Below are positions 8,239 through 17,434 of a stretch of 64,000 bases of DNA, in pieces. Both the position numbers and the translations under genes were made by a program. The notes under the pieces are model-generated. The model ran no database searches. It was not told the DNA's origin and saw nothing but the letters and a program-made list of their open reading frames with translations. Location: positions 6,703 to 70,702 of the forward strand of contig CANEZP010000020.1 in assembly GCA_947444305.1 (NCBI GenBank), given 5' to 3'. The DNA is from Pseudobdellovibrionaceae bacterium. Lineage in GTDB: Bacteria; Bdellovibrionota; Bdellovibrionia; Bdellovibrionales; UBA1609. Numbering within the stretch: the first letter of the stretch is position 1; each line of letters opens with the position of its first letter.

Positions 8239-9936
8239 ATGCTGATCGAACTGAAGGTTCAGAATTTTGCGATCATCGACAACCTTGCGCTCACCTTCGG
8301 TGAGGGTTTGAACATCTTGTCGGGTGAAACCGGCGCGGGCAAATCCGTGCTCTTGAAATCCTTAAGTTTACTCATGGGCGAAAAGGCCGAACCCGATATC
8401 GTGCGCACCGGAATCGACAACGCCGTGATCGAGGGCTACTTCGATCTGTCGGACCGCCCGGACGTACTGCACCAATTAGAGGAACTCGGTCTCGATATTT
8501 CGGACGAAACTTTGGTGGTGCGCCGGATTATTTCGACCCACGGCAAAGGCAAGGTTTACCTCAACGGCGCGCTCTCACCGCTCGCCTCTTTGCGTTCGAT
8601 CGTTGCACCATTGATTACGCTCACCGGACGCGCGACACCGCTGATCGAGATGACCGGGCAGCATGACAATCGTCATTTGCAGTCACGCGCGTATCACCTC
8701 GAGATCTTAGATTTGTATTCCGGCACGTGGAACTTGCGTACCGATTTCGAAAAAATGCACTCGCGCTTTTTTGCCATCGAATCCGACATTCAAAAATTGG
8801 AAGAGGCCAACCGATCGCGCGAGCAGCGTCTAGACTTTCTACGCTTCCAGCGCGACGAGATCGAGGCGTTAGATCTAAAGCCCAACGAGGAAGCCGAGCT
8901 CGAAGGCCGGGTTTCGCGCATGCGCCATTCGACCAGGTTGATCGAGTTCGTCGGCGCGAGCGTCGATGCGCTTTACGCCAACGACGAGGCCGTGATGGTG
9001 GGCTTACAAACGGTTCTGCAACGCGGTCAGGAGCTCAACGGCCTCGATCCGGAATTGGCAAAGCGACTGGCACCTTTGATGGAAGCTAAAACTTTGCTCG
9101 AAGACGGCGTCTACGAATTGCGCGACTACGGAAAAAACCTGGATGCCGACCCGGCCGAACTCAATCAGATGGAAGAGCGCTTGTCGGCCCTTCGCAAATT
9201 ACAAAAGAAATTCGGAAAAGGCGTCGACGAGATCTTAAAAGCGCACGGCGAAATCACCGAGGAAATTGAGTCGCTCGAAAAACACGACGAGAACATCAAA
9301 GAACTCAACGACGAGCGCGCAAAGCTTGAAAAGATGATGAAAAAGCTCGCTAAGGAACTGAACGAGCGCCGAAGCGTCGGGGCTAAACTCCTCGAGAAGG
9401 GCGTTAACGGCGAGTTACTTGATCTCAACATGAAGGGCGTCGCGTTTAGCGTGTCGGTCAAGTGGGCCGCGGCGTGGAGCTCGACCGGTCAGAACGAAGT
9501 CGAGTTCATGATCCGAGCCTCGAAAAAAGACGAACCGAAGCCACTCGCGAAGGTGGCCAGCGGCGGCGAATTGTCGCGAATATTATTGTCGTTAAAACGC
9601 GTCGTGGGTTCAAGCGACCGGCCACGCACCTACCTGTTTGACGAAGTCGACACCGGGGTCAGCGGGCAAACGGCCGAAAAAGTAGGCCGCAAATTAAAAA
9701 CGATCGCCAAGGGCCAGCAGTTGATTTGCGTCACGCATTTGCCGCAGGTCGCGAGCTTTGCCGACCAGCATTTCTTGATCGATAAGCGCGCGCAAAAAGG
9801 CGGCGGCCAGCGTATGTCCGTCACGCAATTGGGTAAGACGGAACGAATCGAAGAGATCGCGCGGTTGATTTCGGGCGAAAAGATTTCGAAGACCAGCTTA
9901 CAACACGCGCGCCAGCTGCTTGCCGAGTCGACCTAA
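8239..9936 (+). CDS. recN: DNA repair protein RecN
   Basis: Walker A GETGAGKS, coiled coil, SGGELSR, FDEVDTGVSG, THLPQVA. Confidence 0.97.
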   Translation: MLIELKVQNFAIIDNLALTFGEGLNILSGETGAGKSVLLKSLSLLMGEKAEPDIVRTGIDNAVIEGYFDLSDRPDVLHQLEELGLDISDETLVVRRIISTHGKGKVYLNGALSPLASLRSIVAPLITLTGRATPLIEMTGQHDNRHLQSRAYHLEILDLYSGTWNLRTDFEKMHSRFFAIESDIQKLEEANRSREQRLDFLRFQRDEIEALDLKPNEEAELEGRVSRMRHSTRLIEFVGASVDALYANDEAVMVGLQTVLQRGQELNGLDPELAKRLAPLMEAKTLLEDGVYELRDYGKNLDADPAELNQMEERLSALRKLQKKFGKGVDEILKAHGEITEEIESLEKHDENIKELNDERAKLEKMMKKLAKELNERRSVGAKLLEKGVNGELLDLNMKGVAFSVSVKWAAAWSSTGQNEVEFMIRASKKDEPKPLAKVASGGELSRILLSLKRVVGSSDRPRTYLFDEVDTGVSGQTAEKVGRKLKTIAKGQQLICVTHLPQVASFADQHFLIDKRAQKGGGQRMSVTQLGKTERIEEIARLISGEKISKTSLQHARQLLAEST

Positions 9937-10966
9937 CGAAAGCGGGCGGATCCTCGGTGCCGACCTCATCCGCTTCGTTTCTTTCTACGCAATCCTCGTT
10001 TTTCATTTAAGTTACGCCTTTTGGGCGCGCGACGGTCACATGGACGTCGCGGTCGACAGCCGGTGGCTCGATCCATTCGAGATTTACGCGCGCGCCTTGG
10101 TGTTTAGCGGTTTCACCGTCGTTTTTCTCTCGTTCTTTTTGTACGGTTTGAAACCTTCGCTTTCGAGCAAGTGGAAGTACCTTTGGCTGTTGCTGCTCGT
10201 GTTCCTCGTGGTGTGGACGTACGCGACCGAGGAAGTCACCGACGCGTGGGACATTTACCAATTTTTGCTCGCCACCGTCGCCGCGATCGCGTTCGTGCGT
10301 TGGGTTCGGCTGCCCGCGGCGGTGCTGGCCTTCGCGAGTTTTATTTTCGTGTCCGTGCCGTTTTGGAAGTTGGAAGTGCTTGGGCAAATACCGCAGGCGA
10401 TAAAACCGGCGCTGTTCGGGAATTGTACGACGCTCGCGTCACACGCCGACTGGCCGTTGTTGCCTTGGATCTTTTATCCGCTCTTAGGCTTCGCGATGGG
10501 TTCGCTGGTCCGTGAGAACCGGCCGGATTTTGCACGGATCTCCCGCGCGGAACTCGCCGTTTGGATCGCGGGCTCGTTGGCCGCTATTCCGATGATGGGA
10601 GCTTATTACGTCACGCCGCTCGGGACCGATTTCGGCTGTTACGTTTTTCGCCGGCCCCCGCTTGAGTTTTGGGCGCACCAAATCTGGATTTGGTTTTTAC
10701 TCCGCTTGTCGTTAACGACTGTGGTCCAGGAAAGCTTGCGCGCCCGCCGCGTGGTTAAATGGATTTCGCGCCGGCAAGTGAACCGGCGCTTCTTCCTTGT
10801 TTACTTCCTCCATTTCCCGCTCGTGTTCCTGGCGGCGGACCTCGCTCATCGTTTCGGAATCGTCTACCGCGCAACCACCTACATTGCCGCCTATTTCAGC
10901 ATCGTGCTTTCGCTCGAGGTACTTCCCGTTGTCATTGCCGAAATCTCGGCTAAGATAAAACGATAG
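9920..10966 (+). CDS. polytopic membrane protein (acyltransferase-3/HGSNAT-like)
   Basis: About 9-10 hydrophobic segments, N-terminal D-L-I-R...H motif, WPLLPW, YFLH. Confidence 0.55.
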   Translation: MPSRPNESGRILGADLIRFVSFYAILVFHLSYAFWARDGHMDVAVDSRWLDPFEIYARALVFSGFTVVFLSFFLYGLKPSLSSKWKYLWLLLLVFLVVWTYATEEVTDAWDIYQFLLATVAAIAFVRWVRLPAAVLAFASFIFVSVPFWKLEVLGQIPQAIKPALFGNCTTLASHADWPLLPWIFYPLLGFAMGSLVRENRPDFARISRAELAVWIAGSLAAIPMMGAYYVTPLGTDFGCYVFRRPPLEFWAHQIWIWFLLRLSLTTVVQESLRARRVVKWISRRQVNRRFFLVYFLHFPLVFLAADLAHRFGIVYRATTYIAAYFSIVLSLEVLPVVIAEISAKIKR

Positions 10967-10977
10967 GGGTAACAACG

Positions 10978-11412
10978 ATGGGAATCGAACAGCGCAGAAT
11001 CGCCAATTACGTAAAGATGGCGGGTCTATCAAAGGGTTATTACCTTCACGTTTTTGCGGGGGGCGTCGCGTTTCTAGGCATTCTTTTGGCGTACGCTTCA
11101 AGACTGTTGAGCGAAGTGAACGCCGCGGCGGCAACGATTTCGGATCCGGTGCTCTCGGCAACTTTGCAAGACTACCTGTTTATGATCGCGTTGATTTTTT
11201 TCCTTAGCTTTTTCGCTTTCGTGGCCAGCACCGTTTTCTACATGATCGTTTTAGGCCAGCGCGTGGGCGGGCCCGTCATCGCCATTTGCGCGTACATCCA
11301 AGAGCTGCAAGCGGGCAACTACGACGTCAAACGTGAACTGCGCAAGAACGATGAACTCGTCCCCATCATGACCGAATTAAAAATCTTGGCCGAGACTTTG
11401 AAGAAGCGCTAG
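10978..11412 (+). CDS. small 2-TM protein with C-terminal HAMP-like domain
   Basis: Two TM helices, then RVGGPV...LQAGNY...LRKNDEL. Confidence 0.65.
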   Translation: MGIEQRRIANYVKMAGLSKGYYLHVFAGGVAFLGILLAYASRLLSEVNAAAATISDPVLSATLQDYLFMIALIFFLSFFAFVASTVFYMIVLGQRVGGPVIAICAYIQELQAGNYDVKRELRKNDELVPIMTELKILAETLKKR

Positions 11413-12119
11413 CGATCGTAATCGAGTGAATCGAAAAGTTGCCTTGTGCGCGCCGGTTGCCGGCTCAACTCTTTGTCGACGACGAAGAGCATGTGGCTGT
11501 TTCCCGAAGATGAATTATAAAAGAAGACCGCTTGAAATTCCTGCCCGTCGTTGGTCACGCCTTTGAATTGCGTCGTCGGGCCGAGATTGCGGCTTTGCAA
11601 AGTGTCTTGCTTAATTTTGTCCAAACCCATTCCGCCGAACTGATCCTGCATCTCTAATCGCGCGCGTTCGGGGGTCATCTTACCGCGGCCCGAAATCAGG
11701 TAGAAATCGGGTTTGCCGTTTTTTAATCCCATTAGGATGCGCATGCCTTCGTTGTTGGCTTCGATGAAAGTGTCGTCTTCGGGAAGCGCGAGTTTTAAAC
11801 CCGAACCGGCGAGATAGTTTTTGGCGACGGCGACGCGGGTGTCCGCCTGGGCTTTTTGCGCGGCTTTGCGCATTTCTTCCTGTCGCTGAGTTACGGCCGG
11901 AGTTTCCTGTTGGTTCCAGGTTTTGCCTTTGTACGCGGGAGTCTTACGGACCGGAGGCGCGACCGCTACGGGCGCGGTCAGTTTTGGTGGAGGCGTCGCC
12001 GGCTTATACTGCGGCAACGGACGAAAAAATGTGTACATCGAGTACACGAGGAAAATTACGCCGACGAGGCCGACGACTTTAGGAACATGTTGATTCAAAT
12101 TATTCATCGAAACTTTCAC
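11409..12119 (-). CDS. membrane-anchored hypothetical protein
   Basis: N-terminal TM, Pro-rich linker, globular C-terminal domain. Start is 12119 or 12104. Confidence 0.7.
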   Translation of the reverse strand: MKVSMNNLNQHVPKVVGLVGVIFLVYSMYTFFRPLPQYKPATPPPKLTAPVAVAPPVRKTPAYKGKTWNQQETPAVTQRQEEMRKAAQKAQADTRVAVAKNYLAGSGLKLALPEDDTFIEANNEGMRILMGLKNGKPDFYLISGRGKMTPERARLEMQDQFGGMGLDKIKQDTLQSRNLGPTTQFKGVTNDGQEFQAVFFYNSSSGNSHMLFVVDKELSRQPARTRQLFDSLDYDR

Positions 12120-12159
12120 CTGTACTTGCGCCTGGCCTTAAGAATATCCTATCGGGGTC

Positions 12160-12996
12160 GTGCAAAGAAATCGATTTATTCTTTCCAATACAGGCTTTAG
12201 CTTGGTCAGCACCCTCATTGCGGTAGCCATCGGCGCGATTGTAGCGGCCCTTGTTGCGCAGGTGATTACCGAAGCCGTCGGCGGTCAGCGCGCCATCATC
12301 GACCGCGATGAGATGAGCGAGTTCACGCTTTACGTTAAATCCGTACTCACTAACGATCCATCGTGCATCCGAAGCCTGCGTGGACTCACCTTCCCCGTCA
12401 CGCCCGGTGAAACGGAATTTGAAATCGGCGGCGGCTACCAAGATCTAGTCGCCCCGATTAAAAAAGATTTTGAATTTGCGGCGAAAAAATTGATCGTCAG
12501 CAAACTCGCCATCTCAAACAAAGGCCTCGATCCCGTCGCGATGAACGCTTCGGTGACCGACGCCGCCGGTACGGTGACCGTGCAACCCGTGACCCGTTAC
12601 ATGGCGCGCATTCAGCTCGACTTGAAACACATCAACGGGTCCGGCTATCGCCCGCGCTATTTTGAAATCCCCGTACACGTCGACGCGGCAAACCGAATCG
12701 TCAGTTGCAACAACGAGTTCAACATCTCGGATGCGTGTGACGCTTTAGGTTTCGAATATAATCCGGCCGCCGCCCCGGGCGAACCGCTCTGTCAACCGAG
12801 CAAAGCTTGCATGTCGGGCGGATCTTACGGCTGCGGTTATACGAACCCGGCCACGGGCGGCTTCAGTTGCCCCGCAGGTTTCACGGAGTACGCCGCGGGC
12901 GCGCACAACATCGGCGCGGTTTCCTGCGGGAAGTGGTGCTGCCGTCCCACTCACTGCCCAACCTTTCATTGCTTAAAATGCAAAACGAGTCCGTGA
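12160..12996 (+). CDS. type IV pilin/pseudopilin-like protein with Cys-rich C-terminus
   Basis: Class III signal NTG|FSLVSTLIAVAIGAIV (Glu5 replaced by Ser); about 11 Cys in the C-terminal ~100 aa. Confidence 0.75.
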   Translation: MQRNRFILSNTGFSLVSTLIAVAIGAIVAALVAQVITEAVGGQRAIIDRDEMSEFTLYVKSVLTNDPSCIRSLRGLTFPVTPGETEFEIGGGYQDLVAPIKKDFEFAAKKLIVSKLAISNKGLDPVAMNASVTDAAGTVTVQPVTRYMARIQLDLKHINGSGYRPRYFEIPVHVDAANRIVSCNNEFNISDACDALGFEYNPAAAPGEPLCQPSKACMSGGSYGCGYTNPATGGFSCPAGFTEYAAGAHNIGAVSCGKWCCRPTHCPTFHCLKCKTSP

Positions 12997-13904
12997 AGAA
13001 TCAGCGGGGCAACGCTTTGTTGGCGGCGTTAGCGCTTAGCGCGTTCGTCGCCGTGATCGCGACAGAGATCTACCGGCGGGCCGACGTAACGGCGATGCGA
13101 AGCCAACAAGCGCAATTCAAAGATGAAACAAAAGTGATCATCGAAGCGTTCGCGTCCAATTTGCAAAATCCCGAGTCGTGTACGCGAATGCTCTTTGACC
13201 AAACGATCATACCCGGCGCGCAAACGCCCGTGACGTTAAATTACAAGTACGAACAACCCTCGTTTAATCCGGCCGAGACCACGATCGCCGACGAGGTTGA
13301 AGTCACGAACGGCATCGTCGCGCACACCGTTGAGGTTTTTGCCCAAGGCGTACCCGAACTCACCACGCGCGTTTTTCAAGAACCCACCCTTCTAAGACGC
13401 TACAAGGCTTCGCTTCGCACCACTTGGCGCAGTAAAAACATCGGCAAGCTCGCGATCGTCAACTGGAGTACGGACGTCATCGGTACCGAGCTCGGTCTTC
13501 CTTTTTACGTTTGGGTCGACGACGCTAACCGGATCAAAACTTGTTTCGGCGTAAATTCAGCCGGCACGGTTTGCAACATGGCGCTTGGCTATTACTACGT
13601 GGCGCCACCGGGTAGCCCGCCGTTGGCGCATCAATTTTCCTGCCGCCAAACCGGCGCGATGAGCACCGATCCCACGGGCGCCAATCCTCGCGGAGGTTGC
13701 CGGTTCGTCGGGCCGCGCCCGAACGGCACTTGCCCGCCCGATGCCTTCACCGCGCCGGGGGGCCAAGGATATTCGTGCATGGGGGGCGCTACGGCCACGG
13801 GGCCTTTCGGATTTAGTTTCGGTATGGGCGATCCGTGCCTGATGCAAGATGCCACCCCGTTCGGCATTTACACGCCGATGAATTACTGCGTGCAATGCGA
13901 CTGA
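12993..13904 (+). CDS. PilX/GspK-type minor pilin-like protein with Cys-rich C-terminus
   Basis: KNQRG|NALLAALAL prepilin-like N-terminus; GTGA overlap with the upstream stop (alternative ATG at 12978); Cys-rich tail. Confidence 0.7.
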   Translation: MKNQRGNALLAALALSAFVAVIATEIYRRADVTAMRSQQAQFKDETKVIIEAFASNLQNPESCTRMLFDQTIIPGAQTPVTLNYKYEQPSFNPAETTIADEVEVTNGIVAHTVEVFAQGVPELTTRVFQEPTLLRRYKASLRTTWRSKNIGKLAIVNWSTDVIGTELGLPFYVWVDDANRIKTCFGVNSAGTVCNMALGYYYVAPPGSPPLAHQFSCRQTGAMSTDPTGANPRGGCRFVGPRPNGTCPPDAFTAPGGQGYSCMGGATATGPFGFSFGMGDPCLMQDATPFGIYTPMNYCVQCD

Positions 13905-14536
13905 TTGCTTCTTCGCTCATCCTCGCGTTTTGCGGATTAGTTTACGAATTGGTCCTCGCGCAAACGATGTCGGTGCTCCTAGGAAATTCTTATTTGCAGT
14001 ACGGACTAACCATCGGTTTATTCATGGCCGGTCTCGGCGCGGGCGCTTACTGCGGGGAAGGATTTAAAGAACCGCGCTCGCGTCTGCTGCGCTTGCAATC
14101 CACTCTCTGCGTCGTCGCACCTTTGGGTTTTCTTACGCTTTGGCTGGCGGCACTTTGGTTGCCCGCGTTTTTATTGTGGCCGATGTCGTGCGCGCTCATC
14201 ACCACGATCGGATTTATCACCGGCCAAGAATTACCGCTGCTCATGCATTTGGCGGGCGAGGCCGGCCGGTTCCCCGTGTTATCGGCCGATTATTTCGGAA
14301 TGCTTTTAGCTTCCGTCGCATTCCCTTACTTTATACTTCCGCGTTTGGGCTTACTCGGGGGACTATGCACCGCCGCTTTGCTGAACGCCTTGTCTATCCA
14401 ATTGCTGATCGACGGCAAAGCTTTGCGGCAACGCTTGATCTTTACCGGCTTCCCGGCTGCACTAACGTTTCTTTTGCTCTGCGAGGAATTCATCTGGCAA
14501 TGGTTCAGCCATCGGTACACATCAGGCCTGCTTTAA
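13895..14536 (+). CDS. stand-alone membrane domain of the fused spermidine-synthase family
   Basis: FCGLVYEL...LLGNS..QY..TIGLFMAGLGAG, G-ELPLL and ADYFG motifs; about 7 TM segments. Confidence 0.75.
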   Translation: MRLIASSLILAFCGLVYELVLAQTMSVLLGNSYLQYGLTIGLFMAGLGAGAYCGEGFKEPRSRLLRLQSTLCVVAPLGFLTLWLAALWLPAFLLWPMSCALITTIGFITGQELPLLMHLAGEAGRFPVLSADYFGMLLASVAFPYFILPRLGLLGGLCTAALLNALSIQLLIDGKALRQRLIFTGFPAALTFLLLCEEFIWQWFSHRYTSGLL

Positions 14537-16641
14537 CCTTTGCACTGGCATTTTTATTCAGCGCCTGCGGTTTGTCTTACCAACAACTTCTTGTGTACGC
14601 GCTGTTCGACGTCAGCGGCAATTTTGTGCTCAGCCAGAGCTTGGGCCTCGGCGCATTCCTCTTCGGCATGGGACTGGGCTCCTGGCGGCCGGGCCGGGCT
14701 TCGTTCACTAAACTTTTCGTCGTCGAAATGTCGCTGGCGACCCTCGGCTTTTTGTCGGTCTTCTTGATCTACGCGGGCGAAGTGGCGCTCCGCTATTTTT
14801 ATCCCGCCTTACCGCAAGATCGTTTGTTCCTCGTTTTCCTGCCGCTGGTGACGCTGGCCGGATTTCTCAACGGTCGTGAAATCCCACTGCTCATGGGTTT
14901 GAGCCCGGTTGTCCCCCCCGCGCGTATTTTAGGCGTAACTTATTTGGGAGGATTGCTCGCCTTGGTCGCGGTGCCGGTGATCCTCTTGCCGGCGCTGGAT
15001 TTATCGCGCGCGGTTTTCGCGGTGGCGATCGTGAACTTTATTTTGTCGTGCGTCGTGGCCTGGTTTTTTATCCCGTCCCGCTGGGCGCAAGTTACCGCGT
15101 TGGTGCTCGCGGCGGCTTTGGTGCCGTGGCTTAAGTTCGAGCCGACGTGGCGGGACCTGCATCTTAAGTTTATCTATTTCCCCGTGCGCTATTCGAATTG
15201 GGACGATGCCGACAAGGACTGGTTAGCCTTCGAAAACATGGACGCACCGGTTCGCTTGCGTAGCCGTTACCAATGGATTGATCTTTTGCCGTCGGCTTCG
15301 AGCCGCTTCGGAGATGAGGAAAACTCTTTAAGTTTATATCTCGACCGTAAGTTTCAGCTTAACGCCTTAACCGAACGGCGCTACCACGAAGGCTTGGTTG
15401 AAGCCGGCATTCATCTCTTAGGGCACGCGCCGAAAAAAGTTTTGATCTTAGGCGGCGGTGACGGCCTGCTCGCGGCCTACCTACTCAAACATCCGGAAAT
15501 TACGGAAATCGATCTAGTCGAGCTTGATCCCGCCGTCTTAAAGATCTCGGCCGACAACGGTGAGTTGAAAAGACTTAACCGCGGTGCGCTTCGTGATCCT
15601 CGCGTCCACGTCGTCGCGGGCGACGCTTTCCATTTTGTACGCACGTCCGAGCAAAAGTACGACTTAATCTTTACCGACTTCCCCCTGCCCACCACTTATG
15701 AATTATCCTTACTCTACACGCGTGAGTTCTACGCGTTCACACGTTCTCGCCTTAGCCCCGATGGGCTACTACTGATGGACTTCGCCCTCCCCGATAAAAC
15801 GTTGGAGGGGCTAGCGGTGCTCGCGTCGACGCTGAAGTCGGCCGGCTTCGGCAACCCCCTCGCGTTCGGGCACGAAGATTTATTCTTAGCGATGGCGGCG
15901 AACGGCCGCGCGCTCAAATTTAATTACCGAGAGATTCAGTCGAACCGCATTCTCATGAGCGTCAATTCGCAGCGGGCGCCGTTCGAGCAAGCCGCCGCCA
16001 GGAATGCGCCGGTGAATAGCCTTTTCTTTCCCTACCGTTTTGATTTCATTTATCCCGACAACATGCCCGCGCGACGCTTCGATTCCGCGCTCAGACCGGT
16101 TTTTTACGAGCGCTACGCGGCTTTTCACGCCCAAGAATTTTTCGAAGCGGGCGCCTGGCCCACCGCTTTGAAAGAGGCGCTCACCAAAGAGATCGCGAAT
16201 CCCGCTTCGAGCGCCGACATTAAGTGGGAACATAGATTCGAAGGCCCGCGCAATTCGTCTATCTTGCATTGGTACGACTGTGACCACGCCGGCGAGTTGA
16301 AGCAAATCTGGCGTACGGTTTTAAATAAAGCGTTTCCGCCCGGTGATTGGTGCGGGATCACCTACGACGCCCGCGCGCAGACGTTCGTAACGCACACGAA
16401 GACCGGCGATGGCTTCGATTCTTCGGACGGCACCCGCATCGTTAGGACCAGCCAAGGCTTGGAAACCCGCCGCGACAACGAAGTTTTGTTCACGCGTTAT
16501 TTTTCCGAGCGGCAATTAAATTTGACCCCGGGTTCACGCGAACACGTTTTGATGAGTAAGATCTTCGAAGAATTCATGATTCTGCCGTCGTCGTTTACGA
16601 TGTCTTCTAAATTAAAAGTACGCGGCTTATTTTATCCGTAG
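14500..16641 (+). CDS. membrane-fused spermidine synthase-like (polyamine aminopropyltransferase fold) protein with C-terminal extension
   Basis: N-terminal TM domain, then SRYQ, E-RYHE, VLILGGGDG, VELDP, DPRV, GDAF, LYTREFY, plus ~200 aa of unassigned C-terminus. Confidence 0.8.
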   Translation: MVQPSVHIRPALTFALAFLFSACGLSYQQLLVYALFDVSGNFVLSQSLGLGAFLFGMGLGSWRPGRASFTKLFVVEMSLATLGFLSVFLIYAGEVALRYFYPALPQDRLFLVFLPLVTLAGFLNGREIPLLMGLSPVVPPARILGVTYLGGLLALVAVPVILLPALDLSRAVFAVAIVNFILSCVVAWFFIPSRWAQVTALVLAAALVPWLKFEPTWRDLHLKFIYFPVRYSNWDDADKDWLAFENMDAPVRLRSRYQWIDLLPSASSRFGDEENSLSLYLDRKFQLNALTERRYHEGLVEAGIHLLGHAPKKVLILGGGDGLLAAYLLKHPEITEIDLVELDPAVLKISADNGELKRLNRGALRDPRVHVVAGDAFHFVRTSEQKYDLIFTDFPLPTTYELSLLYTREFYAFTRSRLSPDGLLLMDFALPDKTLEGLAVLASTLKSAGFGNPLAFGHEDLFLAMAANGRALKFNYREIQSNRILMSVNSQRAPFEQAAARNAPVNSLFFPYRFDFIYPDNMPARRFDSALRPVFYERYAAFHAQEFFEAGAWPTALKEALTKEIANPASSADIKWEHRFEGPRNSSILHWYDCDHAGELKQIWRTVLNKAFPPGDWCGITYDARAQTFVTHTKTGDGFDSSDGTRIVRTSQGLETRRDNEVLFTRYFSERQLNLTPGSREHVLMSKIFEEFMILPSSFTMSSKLKVRGLFYP

Positions 16642-17391
16642 AAATTCTTCGACGGGCGTCAGGCGGCCTTCGCCGTTTTTCAGCTCAAATAATAAAGGTT
16701 CTTTGAGCCACGTGCCGGTATTGATCGCACGGATTGTCCCGTTACTTGCCGGCAAATTCAGCGCGGAATCCTCGGCGACGTGCACGTGACCAGAAACAAG
16801 GTAATCAAACGGCCGCTCCGAAAATACTTTAACTGCGTGCGCGCGAATTTTTGCGCGGGTCTCATCTTCCGTCGTGCTCTTCACGTTAGTTGTGTAATCG
16901 CGCGACGCGACCGAAGCGCGGCCGCCGAGCCAGGCGACGAAGCCGTTGGGCAAAAAGCGACCTAAGAACCGGAGCACCGGCGTGCGCAGCAACCAACGTA
17001 GAAACAAATAGCCGCGGTCATCGGGGTCCATTTGATCGCCGTGCTCCACGCGCACGGTTTTGCCGTCGAGCTCGAAAAAGGCGGCCTCGCCGTGAACGTC
17101 GAAGCCGAGCTTACGTTCCCAGTATAAACGTAAATCGAGATCGTGATTGCCTTCGAAGTAATGGATTTGGGTGCCCAGGCGTTTTAGCTTCATCAAGTCA
17201 TCGATGATCTCGCGGTAGGCATCGACGAAGTAATCGCGGTCGGCCACCCAGAGGTCAAAGATATCGCCGACCAGAAACAGATGTTCCGGCGGCTTCGCCT
17301 GGCAATGAACGACAAAACGCCGGAATAACCCGGCGCGCTCGTCGTTTGGACTTTTGATATGAATGTCGGAAACAAATAAGGCCTGGCTCAC
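16627..17391 (-). CDS. lpxH: UDP-2,3-diacylglucosamine diphosphatase
   Basis: Metallophosphoesterase motifs SDIH, GDIFD, GNHD, HGD, GHVH. Confidence 0.8.
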   Translation of the reverse strand: MSQALFVSDIHIKSPNDERAGLFRRFVVHCQAKPPEHLFLVGDIFDLWVADRDYFVDAYREIIDDLMKLKRLGTQIHYFEGNHDLDLRLYWERKLGFDVHGEAAFFELDGKTVRVEHGDQMDPDDRGYLFLRWLLRTPVLRFLGRFLPNGFVAWLGGRASVASRDYTTNVKSTTEDETRAKIRAHAVKVFSERPFDYLVSGHVHVAEDSALNLPASNGTIRAINTGTWLKEPLLFELKNGEGRLTPVEEFLRIK

Positions 17392-17434
17392 CTGGATGCT
17401 AACTTAGCATCGCGAAAATGAGCTGTCGCCTATC

